Source of the DNA: Podarcis filfolensis
Taxonomy: Eukaryota
Assembly (NCBI GenBank): GCA_964270895.1
Contig: OZ185444.1
Length of the DNA: 64,000 nucleotides
Reading direction: 5' to 3' (one strand)
A program made the position numbers and the translations under genes. The notes under the pieces are model-generated. The model ran no database searches and was not told the DNA's origin. It saw nothing but the letters and a program-made list of their open reading frames with translations. Positions 37,856 to 49,339 of this stretch are shown piece by piece. Within the stretch, counting starts at the first letter, position 1. Each line of letters opens with the position of its first letter.

Positions 37856-39099
37856 GAAATGTAATAAACATAAATTTATTTTTAAATATACATTGTTAAA
37901 AACAATCTATTTACTCCAGTGCTAATATATAAAATAAATACAAAGCAACGTTGTCCAATATTGGTTTCATTTTATGTTTATTGGTATTGGAATGCATGAA
38001 GTCTTAATTAGGATCAAACTCATATTTAGGAAAATACCTTGTTTGAATACCTTGTTTTTGTCTCTGCAGAGGAGACGGCAGTTTTTGTTGTTACTGTTTT
38101 AATGCCAATTCGTTTAGCTGTCTGTGAGTCTCTTGATTTGCACAGATAGCCTAGGAAATCCAACATATATGTGAAAAGTTAGTATCACCATGGAGATAAA
38201 AAGAAAATACAGACATTGGCCATGGGTGTATGTACTGATCTTTTTCAAATCTTTAAGGTTCAATTTTTACATCTCCAGTTCTATAAATGGACCCTGCATT
38301 GATTCTTCCATTATGGGAGTATGATGTTGGCAAATTCTCCAGGATTCTGAGCCATGCTACTGTAAAAATGCTGAAATCACATTTTTTAAAAAAAATATTT
38401 CATAAAATTCAAACACTTCTTGAATGTTAAAAAACCCTCAAAGCTCATGAAATCACATGAGAAGATTGTGATCGTCACATTGGAAGAATCATACCAAGTA
38501 AAAGTTGTTCTGCCATTTAGGCTTCTGGGAAAGGCATATCTTTTGTTGTTGTTTTTACTTGAACCTTGAGTTTTTGAGTACAATTGGGATCTTTTTCTAG
38601 TGTGTTCAGTTCTCCTGAGATTTCTATGAGGATTCTTGGGGAAAGCTCGGACCTTTTCAAGATTCCTTTCAGAAGGTTGGGCACCAAACACAGGGGAGTC
38701 TGACCTCACCTCTCCACCATTTTCATTTATTGACCTGGATATGCCTGAACATGCTTAGTTGCATGTTCAGGAGTATCATTCCCTATGGTGGTGCATGAGA
38801 TTTTTCAATTGATTGAATTAAGAGCCACAGAGAAGTACAGCTCCTAGTGGGAAATGACAGGAGCACCCAAGCCAAGGAAAACACAATGAGGCTTCTCCTT
38901 CTTTTCAGTGAACTACCCTTTCATCAATTTGCCCACTATTACACAAGGATAACTTTATTTTAAACAGTAAGACAAGGATACATTGGATGGATGTGAGACT
39001 GGCAGGGAAGCAAATTCAAAACCCATTAATAGGCACTCCCCAACTCCTCTGAAGTTAGGCCGGGTTCATAATGGATTTCTGAATTGGAAGAGTTTGTAT

Positions 39100-39220
39100 T
39101 CCAGTTTCAAATCTACCCCCATCATTTGGGATACTTGGAGATCTTCTGCCAGCCCGTGAAAGCAGTACTGGGTTAAATGGACCACTGGGTTGACTCAGTG
39201 TAAGGCAGCTTCATCTGTTC
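39100..39220 (+). mobile_element. Degenerate Squam2-like SINE 3' part
   Basis: CTGCCAGCCCGTGAAAGCAGTACTGGGTTAAATGGACCACTGGGTTGACTCAGTGTAAGGCAGCTTC matches the tail of the SINE at 56394-56556. Confidence 0.5.
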
Positions 39221-40341
39221 ACACACTTTTTAAAAGGGGCCTCCAGGACAACATTTTTTGCTGCTGCCTGCTCCTTTCCTTACTAAGAAAGCGTTTACAA
39301 CTACCTTCAACATAAAGGTTAGTGTCACCTGGCATGATTTTGTAAGCTGGCAAGCATCCAGACCACAGGTGAATGCAGAGCGCTCCTTGCCCCACCTGTT
39401 CCCATCCTCGGTTTAAATAACATGGAACTGATCCAAACAGTTTGACAAGATGATACCAAAGCTAGCTCTGTTCTATATCAAATGGCTTAGAGTTCAAATC
39501 AGAACAGATGTGAACAAGTTTGTGTACTACATAGTGCTTAGAAAACGGGTCACAGGAGTCTACAAAAGCATCAGTATGCAAGCAAGGATTTAAAAGCCCT
39601 TTCACACCAACCGCAACAATTTGGCTCAAATAAGGGTTGCTGTTCTGCCTGCTCTGTTGGTAGCGTAGCATCTAGCACTCGGCAAAAATCAAGTTTTTTT
39701 ATTTTAAAAAATCCTTAGAAATGGGGATATTACCTTTAAAAAGGAGAAGCAAAACAAATGGAAAATAATCTTTTGAAATGTAACCATATGCAACTGTGCT
39801 CTAAGCAGAGGGCAACATTTGAGCAGAAGACAGCAACATAAACTGTGTTCTGCTTTGTTTACTTAAGACACAGTCATACACAAGGTTACCTAAGTGTTTT
39901 CAGGCCACACTACACAAAGTTTTCCTCAAGGTTTTTATTAGCTTTGTTCTTTCAATTCAGATGCAGAGCCTGCAACCAGCCTTGGAAGACATAAACTTTT
40001 TTATTCTTTTCTCTCTATTTTTCTGTGGAAAACCATTTCTTCTCCGTTGCTTGCTCTTTCCCATATTTTCTTCCACAAGGGAAAAGAAGCTTGGAGAAAA
40101 GTGAAAGGAGAAACATCACTGGAAGGGAAAGGGTTATGCCTTCGCCAACAGAAACCTCCCAAGATCAGAATCCTCCCACACAGAACCTTAGTACCCCTCA
40201 GAAGAAGGGATAACAGATTAAACCAGTTTGAGGCTTTAGTCTAGATGCATTGGTGCTGTCAGTAAGAGAGATGCCATATCAAACACTAGCTTTAGAACAA
40301 TGTTCCTGTTCGAAAAAGGAAGCAGATGTGGAGGCTTAGCC

Positions 40342-40594
40342 CATGGGTAGGCAAACTAAGGCCTGGGGGCCAGATCCAGCCCAATCACCTTCTAAATCCA
40401 GCCCGTGGACGGTCCAGGAATCAGCGTGTTTTTACATGAGCAGAATGTGTGCTTTTATTTAAAATGCATCTCTGGGTTATTTGTGGGGCATAGGAATTCG
40501 TTCATATATTTTTTTTCCAAAATCTAGTCTGGCCCCCCACAAGGTCTGAGGGACAGTGGACCGGCCCCCTGCTGAAAAAGTTTGCTGATCCCTG
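40342..40594 (+). mobile_element. hAT-type MITE, 253 bp
   Basis: Imperfect TIRs CATGGGTAGGCAAACT / AGTTTGCTGATCCCTG; perfect 8-bp TSD GCTTAGCC (40334-40341 and 40595-40602). Confidence 0.9.
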
Positions 40595-40717
40595 GCTTAG
40601 CCCTTCAAAAGTTGTCTTCCGCTGTTAACAGAATCACCAGTGATCTTGTTACAGATAGGTAGCCGTGTTGGTCTGCCATAGTCAAAACAAAAAAAATTTT
40701 TTTTCCTTCCAGTAGCA

Positions 40718-41068
40718 CATACCATCTCGGGACTATTTAATTGCTCATCGTCTAACATTGTATATGCCATCAAATGCCAACAGTGTCCTTCAGCTCTCTA
40801 TATTGGACAAACAGGCCAAACCTTACGCCAAAGAATAAACGGACATAAATCGGACATCAAGAATCACAAGACAGAGAAACCAGTAGGAGAACACTTCAAT
40901 CTCCCAGGACATTCTATACAAGATCTCAAAGTAGCTGTATTACTACAAAGGAATTTCAGAAATAGACTGGAAAGAGAAGCTGCTGAATTGCAACTCATTA
41001 CCAAACTTAAAACCATGGAGAGACCTGGTCTGAACAAAGACATTGGATTCTTATCTCATTATACATGA
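40718..41068 (+). CDS. Penelope GIY-YIG endonuclease domain (5'-truncated open frame, 116 aa, no start codon)
   Basis: HTISGLFNCSSSNIVYAIKCQQCPSALYIGQTGQTLRQRINGHKSDIKNHKTEKPVGEHFNLPGHSIQDLKVAVLLQRNFRNRLEREAAELQLITKLKTMERPGLNKDIGFLSHYT*; NIVY...LYIG, CxxC and conserved R, H, E and GLN motifs. Absent from the ORF track. Confidence 0.9.
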   Translation, partial: HTISGLFNCSSSNIVYAIKCQQCPSALYIGQTGQTLRQRINGHKSDIKNHKTEKPVGEHFNLPGHSIQDLKVAVLLQRNFRNRLEREAAELQLITKLKTMERPGLNKDIGFLSHYT

Positions 41069-41248
41069 CAAAGCCATTTTTCACCTTCTCACCCCTTGCT
41101 TTTTCCTGTAAGACCTATTGCAGTCGTTAAGAGTCGTCAACAGGCTCATCACAGCTATCTGCCAATCACCCATTCCCACCACCCTTCTGAGTAATACCCC
41201 TCCCCACCTTCTCACTATATAGAAGGATCTGGCAACTTCTGTTTCAGT

Positions 41249-41286
41249 GTATCTGAAGAAGTGTGCATGCACACGAAAGCTCATAC
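41249..41286 (+). ncRNA. Minimal type I hammerhead ribozyme motif in the PLE pLTR
   Basis: GTAT-CTGAAGA-A-GTGTG(CATG)CACAC-GAAA-GC-TC-ATAC: stem I GTAT/ATAC, core CUGANGA, stem II, GAAA, palindromic AGCU mini stem III, predicted cleavage after C41282. Confidence 0.85.
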
Positions 41287-42346
41287 CAAGAACTAACTAA
41301 GTTGGTCTTTAAGGTGCTACTGGAAGGAAAAAATTTTTTCTTTGTTTTGACCAGTGATCTTGACACTCAAGAACATTGGAACCAATTCTAGGTGTTTGTG
41401 TGACCATATTGACAAGAGCAGCAAGACCCAGGAAAAATCCTATGTATGTGTACTAAAAAAGGGGGGTTGCCCAGGTGTGTCCAGTGGAACACAGGTCACT
41501 TCCAAACAACCTGTTTAATGAACATTCATCCTGATTTGTTTGCACAAAGTTGGCAGGGAGATTATAAGACACAGGCTGTCTATTGAACATGCATTTGTTT
41601 TTGGGGAGGTTAGATGACATTGTGTCAAGCAGTTGTCACCCCACACTTTCCAGCGCATTTCCCCATTAATTTCCTTATTGAAAAGAAGTCATTTTTTTAA
41701 AGGAGTGGGTTTGTTGTGCAAGAGTGCCAAGTCCACTTTCATCTGTGCAAACTTAATTTGCCTGCATGCCACTGAATCTCACCTGCAACATACTGACAGT
41801 CTGGAGGCAACTTTGCAATCAAGGTACCATATTTTTTGCACCATAACACTCACTTTTTTCCTCCTAGAAAGTAAGGGGAAATGTCTGTGCGTGTTATGGA
41901 GGGAATGCCTACGGGTGGCATGCCTACGGATTTTCCTCCTCTAAAAACTACGTGCGTGTTATGGTCGGGTGCGTGTTATAGAGCGAAAAATACGGTAAGT
42001 TAGCACCGAATTGCCGCCTAGCAATGTAATCCTGACCATGTCTACCCAGGTGTAAGTCCCGTTGAATTCAATGAGGCTTCCATGCAAGTAACTGGGGTCA
42101 GGATTGCAACTTAAGGCTCTGGATGCTTTCTTAGAAGTAAGCCCCACTGAACTCAGTGGACCTTACTTTCGAGTAGGCATGCCCAGCACCAGCCTGTAAA
42201 GAGTTTCAAGCACTTGGGTAGTAACCTACTGCATTGTTTCATTTGTGCAAAGATTTACATCTGCACGATGCAACTTTCTCCCGACTCCTACCCTTGCACA
42301 TGCCCCATGCCCTCCCCACATCAGCTCTGGAGGTTTGGGGGGAAAC

Positions 42347-42864
42347 CACAGAACCATAAAATGGTACAGTTGGAAGGGACCATGAGGGTCATCTAGTCCA
42401 ACCCCCTATAATGCAGGAATCCTGACTGGCTGAGATGACTGGCAGAATCCGTGACCAAGGAAAAGAGACGGTGGAAGAAGATTGGAAGAAATTCAAAACT
42501 TATCTTAAGAACTGTTGTAAAATTAATGAGTGCTAAAATGTTATGGGTAATGTAAAACAGAATTGCAGTGACAAATAATTGGGTAAGAGAAAAAGGATTA
42601 AAGAAAGTGAATTATAAGTAATTGAAATTAGGGGTTGCTGGAAAAGTTTAAAACAGGGATGCAGAAAAGGGAGGTATGGGGAAGTCGTTGAAATAAGGTT
42701 TAAGAAAAAGAGGTTATGAATTTATACGTGTTTGTATGTTTGTTTGTTTGTGTATTGTCAGTTGTGTTGTGTTTTGATATATGTTGGAAAATTAATAAAA
42801 AATTTATTTAAAAAATATATATATATATATAATGCAGGAATCCTGTGCCCAACATGGGGCTCAA
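42347..42864 (-). mobile_element. tRNA-Lys/CR1-tail SINE split by an L1 insertion (42347-42424 and 42846-42864)
   Basis: Joining the two halves gives the reverse complement of the SINE at 5383-5510, truncated inside the tRNA head. Confidence 0.75.
42425..42827 (+). mobile_element. L1 3' end (ORF2 last codons, 3' UTR, A/TA tail), 5'-truncated
   Basis: LAEMTGRIRDQGKETVEEDWKKFKTYLKNCCKINEC*, AATAAA at ~42794; 18-bp TSD TATAATGCAGGAATCCTG (42407-42424 and 42828-42845); homologous to 36730-36800. Confidence 0.9.
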
Positions 42865-43950
42865 ATTGCACTAACAGAACAAGCAACACAGCACTACATT
42901 GAATACAACTCTATGAGTGGTATTTAACTCATTTCTGCCCTTTGAAATTAATGTGCCTAAGTTAGTCATGTCTATTCACTTTGATGAGACTCCTCTGATT
43001 AGGACTTTTCTATTTTCCAGATGAATCTTTCAAAACTAGGGTGTTCTCCTGAAATGGCAACACTTAGAAATGCAGAAGCTAATGTTTAAGAATTCACATG
43101 ACATTATCAGAGAGTTTCATGAAATTCAAACAGGACTACTACTCCCCCCCCCTCCCTGTAGCCTCCTCTGCTGTTCAAGAAATTGTGTACTAGAGAATAT
43201 TGTGCTGGCCTACTTAAGCACTCCTGCCTCTGTGTTGCATTGTGGCATTCCTCCATTACATGAAATTATTATTTCCCAATGAACCACCACAGCTCCATAG
43301 TTGCACATCCATCACGCCTTTGACAACAGAATCAAAGGCCTGTAATTATCTAAACGATCATACCTGTTACAAATTAATATTCTATGCAGGCTCAGGTTGT
43401 TGCTGATAGGTTTTTTAATGGAAACACTTTAAAGTGGGAGTAGGCACCATTTAAGAGACAGGATATTCAGCATAATAGTCAGATCAGCAGCAATCATATT
43501 CAAACAAGTACTGAGAACCGCAAATAATCCTGATGAACCAAGCTTGTTTAAGGTAATATAGAAGCTTAAGCACTGGGAAATAAAAGGCATCTTCTTCTAC
43601 TAATTATTAAAGTGATACATAAAGCAGCAAACATACCGTATTGGCCCCCAGTGAGAACTTTCTCCATGAGTTAAGCTAGAGGTGGGATCTCACGGAGCTG
43701 TTTGTGTTGTGGTAAAGCGGATTGTTCAATTAGCTGTTTAATTAATTAACTAAATTAACGAATTAGCAATACTGTAGATGTGCTTTGGAAGGAAGAGTTT
43801 GGGGGAAGGGGGGGAGCACACCATATAACTTTTCTGAGGCAGGTCCAGGGATAAGGGCAGAAAGGTTGATGCTGTTGAAGGCAGTGGCATCCCTCTTGGT
43901 GTCTGAGAATGATGAGCCAAGACCTGGTGGAGCATGACTGTGGACAAAGG

Positions 43951-44139
43951 CAGAGGTGGATTTAGGGCAGCGCAACAGGTTCTGCTGCAATGGGTGCTGA
44001 GCCTAGGGAGTGCAGCAGAGCATCACAACTATGACATGGTGAACTGAGCAGAACGGAAGGTGACAGGTGGGGGGGCAATGCCAAATTTTGGCCTTGCACA
44101 GGGAGCCACTGAAATTTCAAAGTCCAAAGTCTGCCCCTG
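43951..44139. mobile_element. Degenerate hAT-type MITE
   Basis: CAGAGGTGGATTT...AAGTCTGCCCCTG ends; flanks ACAAAGG / ACAAACGG resemble a decayed TSD. Confidence 0.45.
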
Positions 44140-46123
44140 ACAAACGGATAGGGTAGGGTAACACCATAGACTGGGGGCTTTAATGATGACCATGCAGCTT
44201 CCTAACCTTAAAATGGAAGAACACTTTTCTGAATGGCAGGGGAGAACAGATTTTTTGTTTTTAAAGAGATTTCCCCTCCAAACTAGGGACCAGATTTTGG
44301 AATGTAAGTGGGGCCAATATGTTCCTTACTTACATTATTTAAAGCCTGGAGTCCATGTTCAGTTTGGAGGAACAGTGGGAGCGGGGATAAGTTTTGAAAG
44401 CAGCCTGACCCAGTCCATTTCCCTGACTAAGGCAACCCCACTACGGATGCAGATGGCAGGGTGGGAAGCGGGGGAAACATATAACTATGGGGGGGAGGGG
44501 CTGGCAAAAAGACTGGAAACCTTAATAGCCCTCAGTCCCATCAAACTTGGTGGTGCTAAGTAAAAAAACAGTTTTCTCATCTTTTCCACCCAGGAGATGC
44601 ATATCCTCCTGACACAACAGAAACTTGCACATCTCCCAGGTAGAAGAATGTGCAATTTACTTTTTGAGCAAGGCCTAGGAAGGTAAAAACCTGGTGCTTC
44701 TTGTTCCTTCATAATCAGTGTGTAGGAGCATCCCAGACCTTGAGATCTCAGGGCTCAAACCTGAGACCTGGGGGGGGGGGCAGTGATGTCATTAATCACG
44801 GCGTGTCAAGCATTAACCAGAGTTTTTTATCATTCAAAAAAACCCCAAAAAACCAGAAAGACTAACAAATGAGCAAATATGTCGCTGGTTGGACATTAAG
44901 ATAGAAAAGGTATGTTCCCAGGTCCAGCAGAAGTGAGAACATCATTCCTTTCCACATGCTGAGGTAGCCTGAGTAGGGAACATTTACTCTAGCCTACCTG
45001 CTTCTGGGCAGAAGGGTTTAAGTGCCCTCAGGCCAGGCAGCTCATGTGAAGGCTATTGTTCGATGAGGGGAGCCTAGTGTGGTGATTTTAGAGGGGGACA
45101 CTCCCAGACAGGAGGACAGAGAACAGATGCCCTCAAAGGCTGCAATTCAAAACACACTTACTGAGGACTATGAAAATAGAGGCCTTTGCTGTTCTTCTGG
45201 CCCTGTTCCTTGGTATAAATTAATTTCATCCTCAATATTTCTTTAAAAAAAAAATCTTTTCCTTTCCTTTAAGTGTTCTCTATTTGGGTTACAAATCCTA
45301 CAAGCTCCTTCATGAAATTAGACTCTTAACACCTACGTTTCCACCCATGTAGAACGCTGTATCAAAGTGTCTTTGTTCTTTGTTTCCCCTTAAATGTTCC
45401 TGTTCTCATTCATTATTCTCTAAATACACGCCCATCTCACTTGTTACTACAAATCACTCAATGCAACCAGTACACATTCCACACACAAAAATAATTTGAA
45501 GTGCTTAAACTGTAATGAAATTGCTATGACTGCCAATCAATTTCCATATGTCAGCGCAATCCTTAATCTGCTCAGTTCCCATCATTCACTTGTGTCTTCT
45601 CTGCACACGTTGAATGTGCATTCCAGATGGGACGACAGGAGCCCCTTCTCCACTCACTCCACACTGGCAAATTAATGATTTGTTTTTGTAGGGTTAGTAC
45701 TTCAGTGGGAGGAGATGGTGGTTGCGGTATCTGCATTCATTGCATCCCAGACTGTGTTTACTTTGCTGTTTCCATCAGATACATTGCACTTGCACCGTTG
45801 GTGTTTGAAACCAAGTACACATGATGCTGGCCCCAATTGACATGTATCCTGTAGTTTCCTGAGAAACAATGCCGTTCAGTACATTTTCTAATTTGAAAAC
45901 GTAAGCTGAGGTTAAGCTAAGATATGCACACTTCAGAGAGCTGTTGTACATGAGCAGATGACAGCACCATTGAATAGGGGTTCGGAACAGAGAAACAAAT
46001 CAATAAGGGGCATCAGGTGAGGACATCTCCACCCCTCTTTGCTGTGTATAACAAGGTAAAAAAAGAGACTTGAAACCCAGCATGGGAAAAAGATCTCACT
46101 GCCTTTTAAGCCACAAACGTATA

Positions 46124-46626
46124 TGTGCCAGGGACTGCCAGGGCCACCAAAGAGTGTGTGGTAGAGATAGGGGACCAGGGGAGCGACGATCAATCATGCC
46201 ACCCACAAGGCGGGAGGAGGGAGTCAGGGCAGTCCGAGCAAGAGGAAGATGTGCAGGATGTAGCTGAGGAAGAAGGGGCAGTTCAAGCAACGGATGGGTC
46301 AGTAGATCCCCCACCTTCCCCCACCCCAGAGTCTCCTGGAACCAGGAGGGGCATGAAAAAGGCAGAGCAGCAATGACTTCCATGCAGGAAACGTCGCAGG
46401 TGGTGGGAAAGGAGCCCATCGGAGAAGGGTATATAAGCCAAAGGAGCAGAGGGGCTCCACCGTTGCTGCAACTGCTCCATAAGGCCCAGACCTGCGGACC
46501 ACAGGTTCGAAGCAGGCATGTGTCGTGTGAATCTGGAGCACCACAGAAGCTGCTGCAAAGGTTTCTCTTGCCAATAGACTTAAATATCAGATTTGATTAT
46601 TCTTTATCTGGGAGAGGCCATGACCA
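46124..46626 (+). mobile_element. Probable solo LTR (Gypsy-like)
   Basis: TGTG...ATGACCA ends, flanks TATA/TACA (3/4 match), purine-rich U3-like region, TATATAAG at ~46429. Confidence 0.5.
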
Positions 46627-46798
46627 TACATAGCTTCTATAGTCTACTTGGAAATAAGTCCCTTTTCTTGAAAATTTATTATAAAAGATACTTATCAGAG
46701 CACATTTGAGAACATCTTCCTCCTCTTCTTACTGTAACCTTTCCTTCACATTTAAAGCCATCACTTTAAAAACAACAAAAAACAACAATGGTGCCATT

Positions 46799-46947
46799 CA
46801 GTGCTTTTTTTCTGGGGGTACGCAGGGGTACGCATACCCCTAAACATTTTGTGAATCTAAGTTTGGCCTCATTGAAGGGCAGTATTTCAATATGAGAAGG
46901 AAAATGAGAGTATCCCTAAACATTTTTTTTTAAGAAAAAAAGGACTG
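46799..46947. mobile_element. hAT-type MITE, 149 bp
   Basis: TIRs CAGTGCTTTTTTT / AAAAAAAGGACTG; 8-bp TSD GTGCCATT/GTGCCACT (46791-46798 and 46948-46955). Confidence 0.85.
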
Positions 46948-47091
46948 GTGCCACTACATTTTTGTTTCTTTAACAATGGATTCCATTGCAACAATTCAGA
47001 TTTGCAAGACTCTTTAGGAGTGTGGAGGGAGGGATGAGGGAGGAAATAATACTCCCAGGTTCAGCTATGGAAAAAAGAGCAAGGCAGCAAA

Positions 47092-47904
47092 CAGCAGAAG
47101 CCAGTACTGTTTTGGGGGGACAGGGGACAGGCAGGTGTGGAGGACTCCCTGGTCCTGAATCGGGTAACTGTGCCCCTGAAGGACCAGGTACACAGCCTGG
47201 GAGTCATTTTGGACTCACAGCTGTCCATGGAGGCGCAGGTCAATTCTGTATCCAGGGCAGCTGTCTACCAGCTCCATCTGGTACACATGCCCCTGGACCT
47301 GCCTCTGGCCTGTCTTGCCAGAGTGGTGCATGCTCTAGTTATCTCCCGCTTGGACTACTGCAATGCGCTCCACATGGGGCTACCTTTGAAGATGACCCGG
47401 AAACTACAACTAATCCAGAATGCGGCAGCTAGACTGGGGACTAGGAGTGGCCGCCGAGACCACATAACACCAGTCTTGAAAGACCTACATTGGCTCCCAG
47501 TATGTTTCCAAGCACAATTCAAAGTGTTGGTGTTGACCTTTAAAGCCCTAACGGCCTCGGTCCAGTATACCTGAAGGATATACCCCCAACCCCCATCATT
47601 CTGCCCGGACACTGAGGTCCAGCGCCGAGGAACTTCTGGCAGGTTCCACACTGCGAGAAGCAAAGCTACAGGGAACCAGGCAGAGGGCCTTCTCGGTGGT
47701 GGCGGCCACCCTGTGGAACGCCCTCCCATCAGATGTCAAAGAGATAAATAACTACCTGAAATTTAGAAAACATCTGAAGGCAGCCCTATCCAGGAAAGTT
47801 TTTAATGACATTTTGATGTATTTTTAATCTTTGTTGGAAGCCGCCCAGAGTGACTGGGGAAACCCAGCCAAATGGGTGGGGTACAAATAATAAATTATTA
47901 TTAT
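47092..47904 (+). mobile_element. L2 LINE, 5'-truncated (RT C-terminus and 3' UTR)
   Basis: LKDQVHSLGVILDSQLSMEAQV...VHALVISRLDYCNALHMGLP...LQLIQNAAARL...HITPVLKDLHWLPV...FKVLVLTFKAL is a classic L2 ORF2 C-terminus; (TTA)n tail. Confidence 0.92.
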
Positions 47905-48365
47905 CAGTCCACACACACAGAGAGAGTCTATTCAAAGGAAATATGTATGAGTAATGAAGGCAAACTGGCACGTCCATTAATTCCATGCCTACATTCTTGT
48001 AGCTGGAAACATATTTATGAGTTGCCTATGTCTTTTCTCTGATCTCTTTGTATATTTAACCCACACCTGGAGGGCTAAATTAATATATCCTATCCTAGCT
48101 ACTAAAACCCATCCCTTACTTTGTGTTGGACTGGACAGGCAGCAGCAAAAGGTGAGGTTACATGCCATATGAGATTGTGTGAGGTTATGAGATTGCCTCA
48201 CGGCAATGAGGCAATTGAAGCATCTTGGGGGGTGTGGAGGATTCAGAGATCCCAAGTGGTGACCAACCTGTTTTCAGATGCAATGACTGATTTTGACCTG
48301 CAGAAAGGGGAAAGGGAAAAATATAAAGAGTTGGCCTTTGAGCCAACCCCTGCAGAAAACCAGAC

Positions 48366-48478
48366 ATAAGACCTAGTTGGGCATCCTGTTCTCACAGTGG
48401 GGAAACCAGCAAGCAGGATCAGAGCCCAAGAGCAGCCCCCCCCTCCCGGTTTGCAGCAACTGGCAGATCCGAAGCAAT
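48366..48478 (-). mobile_element. CR1 3' fragment
   Basis: CATCCTGTTCTCACAGTGG..AAACCAGCAAGCAGGAT...TTTGCAGCAACTGG; reverse complement of the 13258-13480 family. Confidence 0.55.
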
Positions 48479-48486
48479 GCTGGGGT

Positions 48487-48633
48487 CAGGGGGGCCAACT
48501 TGAATAAAATATGGGAGGGTCTCAGGTACACCTTGGAATGCCAATGCCCATCAACTTTTTTGGGGGGACTGGCCCCCTCAAATATTTTATTGGTGTGTGA
48601 AGGGACTGCGGCCCCTGGGAGTTGGCTCCTATG
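48487..48633. mobile_element. hAT-type MITE abutting the MAGI2 CpG island
   Basis: Ends CAGGGGGGCCAACT / AGTTGGCTCCTATG; 8-bp TSD GCTGGGGT/GCTGGGGC (48479-48486 and 48634-48641). Confidence 0.75.
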
Positions 48634-49306
48634 GCTGGGGCCATCTGCCCCCTTCCGGGATCCTTTGGCCTGGATGGTTCGCCGCAGATGCGCGCCGGCT
48701 CCCTTCAGAATCGCGCCTTTGCGCAGCGCGGGCGCGGGGGCTGCGCGAGGCTGGCTCCGTTTCGTGCGTGTGCGCGCGGCGGGGGGGGGGGGGCGGGCGG
48801 GCTACGTCTCCTTCGCCCAGCGCGCCAAACCTGAGGGAGAGCGAGAGACCGCGAGAGCGCGCGCGCGCCGGAGCCTGAGGCGCCGTTTTCCTCAGCCTGG
48901 CGGCGCTTGGCCGTGCCTGCCTCGGCGGCGGATCCGTCTTCTCTCCTCCCTCCCTCCCCACCCACCCGCCGCTGGCTGCTCCCCGCCTTCTCCCTTCGCT
49001 TCCCTTCCCTCCCTTCCCTGCTGCTTTTGCCAGGCAAGCCAGCCTCCCTCTCGGCCTTCACTACCGGGTCAGAGGCTCCGTCTGAGGAGAGCGAGTGCGC
49101 GAGCCAGGCAGGCAGGCAGGCAGACGCCCCCCCCCCGCACACATCCACGCCGCCGCCGCCTCCTACTACTCCAGCAGCAGCAGCAGCATCCACACGCAGC
49201 CCGCCCTCTCGCTCTCCCCCCTCAGGCTCGCCAGCCAGTTACTGTAAAACTAGTCCGTACTCTCCCTCTCTCTCGCACACGCAGCATCCTGGCTGCCGCA
49301 GCTGCC

Positions 49307-49339
49307 ATGGCCAGCAGCTCCCCGCGCACTCGCAGCTAG
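49307..49339 (+). promoter_or_regulatory. Candidate upstream ORF (MASSSPRTRS*) in the MAGI2 5' leader
   Basis: GCTGCC-ATG-G context at 49307, stop TAG at 49337-49339; the only ATG seen between it and the main ATG. Whether it is in the mRNA depends on the TSS, which is unknown. Confidence 0.5.

Larger units (their letters stand above)
40649..41349 (+). mobile_element. Penelope-like element (PLE), 5'-truncated, with inverted 5' pLTR segment
   Basis: GIY-YIG endonuclease frame, pLTR with hammerhead motif, 40681-40717 is the reverse complement of 41314-41351; flanked by ACCAGTGATCTTG (40636-40648 and 41350-41362). Confidence 0.92.
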
